In this document: positions 61,043-64,000 of the stretch, piece by piece
How positions within the stretch are numbered: position 1 is the stretch's first letter
How the letters are laid out: every line of letters starts with the position of its first letter
Assembly: GCF_000711695.1 (NCBI RefSeq)
Contig: NW_013547019.1
Span: 186,001 to 250,000, forward strand
Length of the DNA stretch: 64,000 nt
Direction of reading: 5' to 3'
Source of the DNA: Tilletiaria anomala UBC 951
Lineage: Eukaryota
Translations under genes and position numbers: made by a program
Notes under the pieces: model-generated
Told to the model about the DNA's origin: nothing
The model's input: the letters and a program-made list of their open reading frames with translations, nothing else
Databases searched by the model: none

Positions 61043-62589
61043 ATGCCACCCAAGAAGGCTGCCCCGGTCGAGCGGGCCAAGCTCGGCCGCCCATCGAACA
61101 ACCTCAAGATGGGCATCGTCGGGCTTCCCAACGTCGGCAAGTCATCCCTCTTCAACGTCATTGCAAAGTGCGACTTGGGAAAAGCTGCCAACTTTCCCTA
61201 CGCCACCATCGAGCCCGAAGAGGCTCGTGTGCCTGTCCCCGACGAGCGTTTCCTCTGGCTCGTAGACCAGTACAAGCCTAAGAACCAGATTCCAGCCTTC
61301 CTCACCTGCATCGATATCGCCGGTCTCACAGCCGGTGCGTCGACTGGCGCGGGCCTCGGTAATGCCTTCTTGAGCAACGTCAGGGCCGTCGATGGCATCT
61401 TCCAAGTCATTCGAGCATTCGACGACGCGGAGGTCATCCACGTTGAGGGCGATGTCAACCCGATCAGAGACATGGAGATCATCTCCACAGAGTTGCGATT
61501 GAAAGACATCGAATGGACAGAGAAGGCGCTAGAACAGGCTCGATCCAAGGCTCGGGGCGCAGGGAATAACAGTCTTGAGGACAAGAAGAAGAAGGAGGAG
61601 GTCGCTATCATCGAGAAGGTTCTGAACGTTCTCACAGAGGAGAACAAGGACGTTCGCAAGCACGACTGGGGGAACAAGGAGGTAAGTCACACTTTTTCTC
61701 GTTTCTTCTGGAATGGGAATGTGGGGTGAGGTGTTGTATCGACGATGGTGTCGGACTGAGGTTTTCAAGGATGACAAAGGGCATAAAGCCCGATTTAACC
61801 CAGCTCTTCGAAAGAAGCCGTCTAGGAAGCGGCCTCCTTGAGACAAATAGTTACTTTTCTGAATCAAGATGACATAGGGGGAGGGATATGGAATATAGGA
61901 ATAAGAGGCATCGGCTTTCTTGACCTTGAATTTCAAGCTGACCAACTCTCCCTCTTGTAGATTGACGTCGTCAACACGCTCTCGCTGCTAACCGCTAAGC
62001 CGGTCATCTACCTCGTCAACCTGAGCGAAAAGGACTACGTGCGAAAGAAGAACAAATGGCTCCCCAAGATTAAAGAGTGGATTGACACCAACAACCCGGG
62101 AGACCTGCTCATCCCCTTCAGCGTTGCGCTCGAGGAGCGATTATTACAGCTCGGCTCCCCCGAAGCTGAGGCGGAAGAGCTCAAAACGCTCGGGCCGAAC
62201 GTAACCGGCGCCCTGGGCAAGATCACCAAGGCAGGCTACGACGGTCTCGACCTGATCCGATATTTCACCTGCGGTCCAGACGAGGTACGAGCGTGGACGA
62301 TCAGGAAAGGCACCAAGGCGCCGCAGGCGGCTGGTGTCATCCACACTGACTTTGAGAACAAGTTCGTTTGCGGTGAAATCATGGCCTACAATGACCTCAA
62401 GGAGCATGGCAGCGAGAACGGCTGCAAGGCGGCCGGAAAGTATGTTCAGAAGGGCAAGACATACGAGATGGTGGATGGCGATATTGCTTAGTGAGTATCC
62501 TCGAAGGCGACTCCCTGGTACAAGCATTTCTCAACAACCTTACTGAAACTTTCACTCTGCTTTTTCTCAGCTGGAAGAGCGGCGCATAA
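61043..62589 (+). CDS. OLA1: Obg-like ATPase 1 (YchF family)
   Basis: [65 protein letters not shown] (TGS). Exons 61043-61681, 61961-62490, 62571-62589. Alternative in-frame ATG at 60818. Confidence 0.96.
61764..61866 (+). ncRNA. Candidate intronic box C/D snoRNA (snR69-like guide)
   Basis: Lies in a 279-nt intron. C-like AGGATGA 61768-61774, guide AACCCAGCTC 61797-61806 complementary to LSU rRNA GAGCUGGGUU, D'-like TCGA 61808-61811, D box CTGA 61859-61862. Confidence 0.7.
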
Positions 62590-62678
62590 TGTTCCAGCAT
62601 GCCATCATTCATGTATAATAGACACGACCAAAATGCATTTTACTGATACCGCCATCTATGTGTTCATATTCTGAGTCG

Positions 62679-63569
62679 TTACCATCCACTCGTCATATAC
62701 ATGAGGATGAGCACAGTACAGATGCCGATGGTGAGACCCATGATGATGCTGTCTCTCCGCCTTCGTCTGTTGATCATGGTGATGACGCCGTTGATGCCGG
62801 GCAAGGATTGAGCAGTGCGCGTCATGCGCGATGCTATTGACCCGATCAGATCTCGCTGCGCTGCAATGTCTTGCCGTGTCGCATAGGCCTGGTCTAGCGT
62901 TGAGTCGATTATCGAATGCGAATTGTCCAGACGAGACCGCTCTGTAAGCAGTGCATCCGTGTCCGAAGTATACCTGGCCTTGTATGAGCTGCACAGGAGA
63001 GATAAGCACAGAGGCCAGTGAGCTCATGTTGAAGGCAACGTTGAAGCATAATGTACGCACTCAATGTCATGTTGCACATTACCCAGCAAGTCTCGTCGAT
63101 CCACCGCGTGCTGCACGTTAGTCTTGAGTCTTCGGTAGTCCCTCTGGAAATCGAGCAAAACTTCTCGATGTCGCTGCACTGCATGCATCTGCACCGTGGA
63201 GGGCGGCACGCTAGGGTCGTCCAGCAGCGTCGTGAGCGAGTCGACCGATGCGGTAAGCTCAACCAAGAGATTTTCTATTTCTGCTTCTTGCAGTTGCGGG
63301 TCTATCCTGCTATCTCCGTTGGCGCCGTCCATTGATACAGATGTGAAATCTCGCTTGTTGCCTCCGTATGCGCCATAGATCGAGGAACTGCTGCCATCGC
63401 CATGTCCGCCGCCGGCGGACAAGCTTGCGATCTCGTTTGGCACGCGTGAGTACAGCGTCAGTTTTGCATCCAGAGAGGACTCGAGGAGCCGAGTTTGACG
63501 CCGGGCGGTGTCCCAGCGTGAGGTGGAGCTGGAAGCACCGCCGCCGAAGGTGCTGCTGCTACGCGACAT
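62679..63569 (-). CDS. GOS1: Golgi Qb-SNARE Gos1
   Basis: WDTARRQTRLLES, QRHREVLLDF, RRDLLGNV; intron 62989-63060; ERSRLDNSH...QAYATR...LPGINGVI...RRRRRDSII followed by a C-terminal TM anchor. Confidence 0.93.
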
Positions 63570-64000
63570 GTTAGCCGATGATGCAGAGCGGTGCACTTGA
63601 GCAATCCCCCGATGGTGGCTGTTGGCGAGCGCAAATTCAAGTTCGCCTCTTTGCGCAAAGCAGCTAGCTGCTTGAGCGCCGCCTCCTGGCCTATCTCTTG
63701 CGTTCGCTTTGGGGAAATTTATGCCGATGGACGCCGGCGGCGTCGCTGTTGGAGATGTGACGGTGCGAAGACTTGATTTTGACACACTCTCAGAGTCTGA
63801 AGTGAGGAGTGTGGGCTGTCCAAGAAAGTGCAAGCGGAATTCGCGCTTCACTATTAAGAGCTTCACTTGAGAACGTGAAATATTATTAGTGAACCCTTGA
63901 AGTTCGCCATCATCGACTTCTTCACAGTTCATCACACAGGAGAACCTTTCGATTATCGGTTACATTTCCCCTCAGGCTGACAGGCCCTGTGCACGATCTG

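Noticed and set aside
63570..63935. N-terminal extension of the GOS1 ORF in the ORF track
   Set aside because: It begins at a non-ATG codon, and Gos1 similarity starts just after ATG 63569.
1..64000. CRISPR arrays, tRNA/rRNA genes, intact transposons or prokaryotic defence systems
   Set aside because: No repeat-spacer array, cloverleaf, rRNA block, TIR/LTR pair or transposase/RT ORF was seen; the DNA is intron-containing eukaryotic sequence.

Overview
Gene-dense, GC-rich eukaryotic DNA with short GT-AG introns and CTGAC/CTAAC-like branch points. It is most consistent with a basidiomycete fungus, probably smut-related (Ustilaginomycotina); this taxonomy is inferred, not proven. Intact genes: a TBC Rab-GAP, RPT5, an ADP1-type ABCG transporter, mitochondrial GatA, an Ssr4/Snf6-motif protein, LCB1, an ankyrin-RCC1-BTB (Btb1/IBTK-like) protein, VPS54, an AMID/AIF-like oxidoreductase, a CRIB-motif protein, a small secreted GPI-type protein, OLA1, GOS1 and three unassigned proteins. 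Between them lie four decaying genes. The most notable is an Argonaute pseudogene with three in-frame stops, several frameshifts and loss of the L1/PAZ region. The others are a Yor1/MRP-type ABCC pseudogene, a frameshifted MysB-like O-methyltransferase and a truncated tandem copy of the AMID gene. The long OLA1 intron holds a candidate box C/D snoRNA with an snR69-type guide and a second H69-complementary element. OLA1 also has an in-frame upstream ATG that would add a mitochondrial-type presequence. No tRNA, rRNA, CRISPR array or intact transposon was seen. All family calls are motif recognition by eye; no searches were run.
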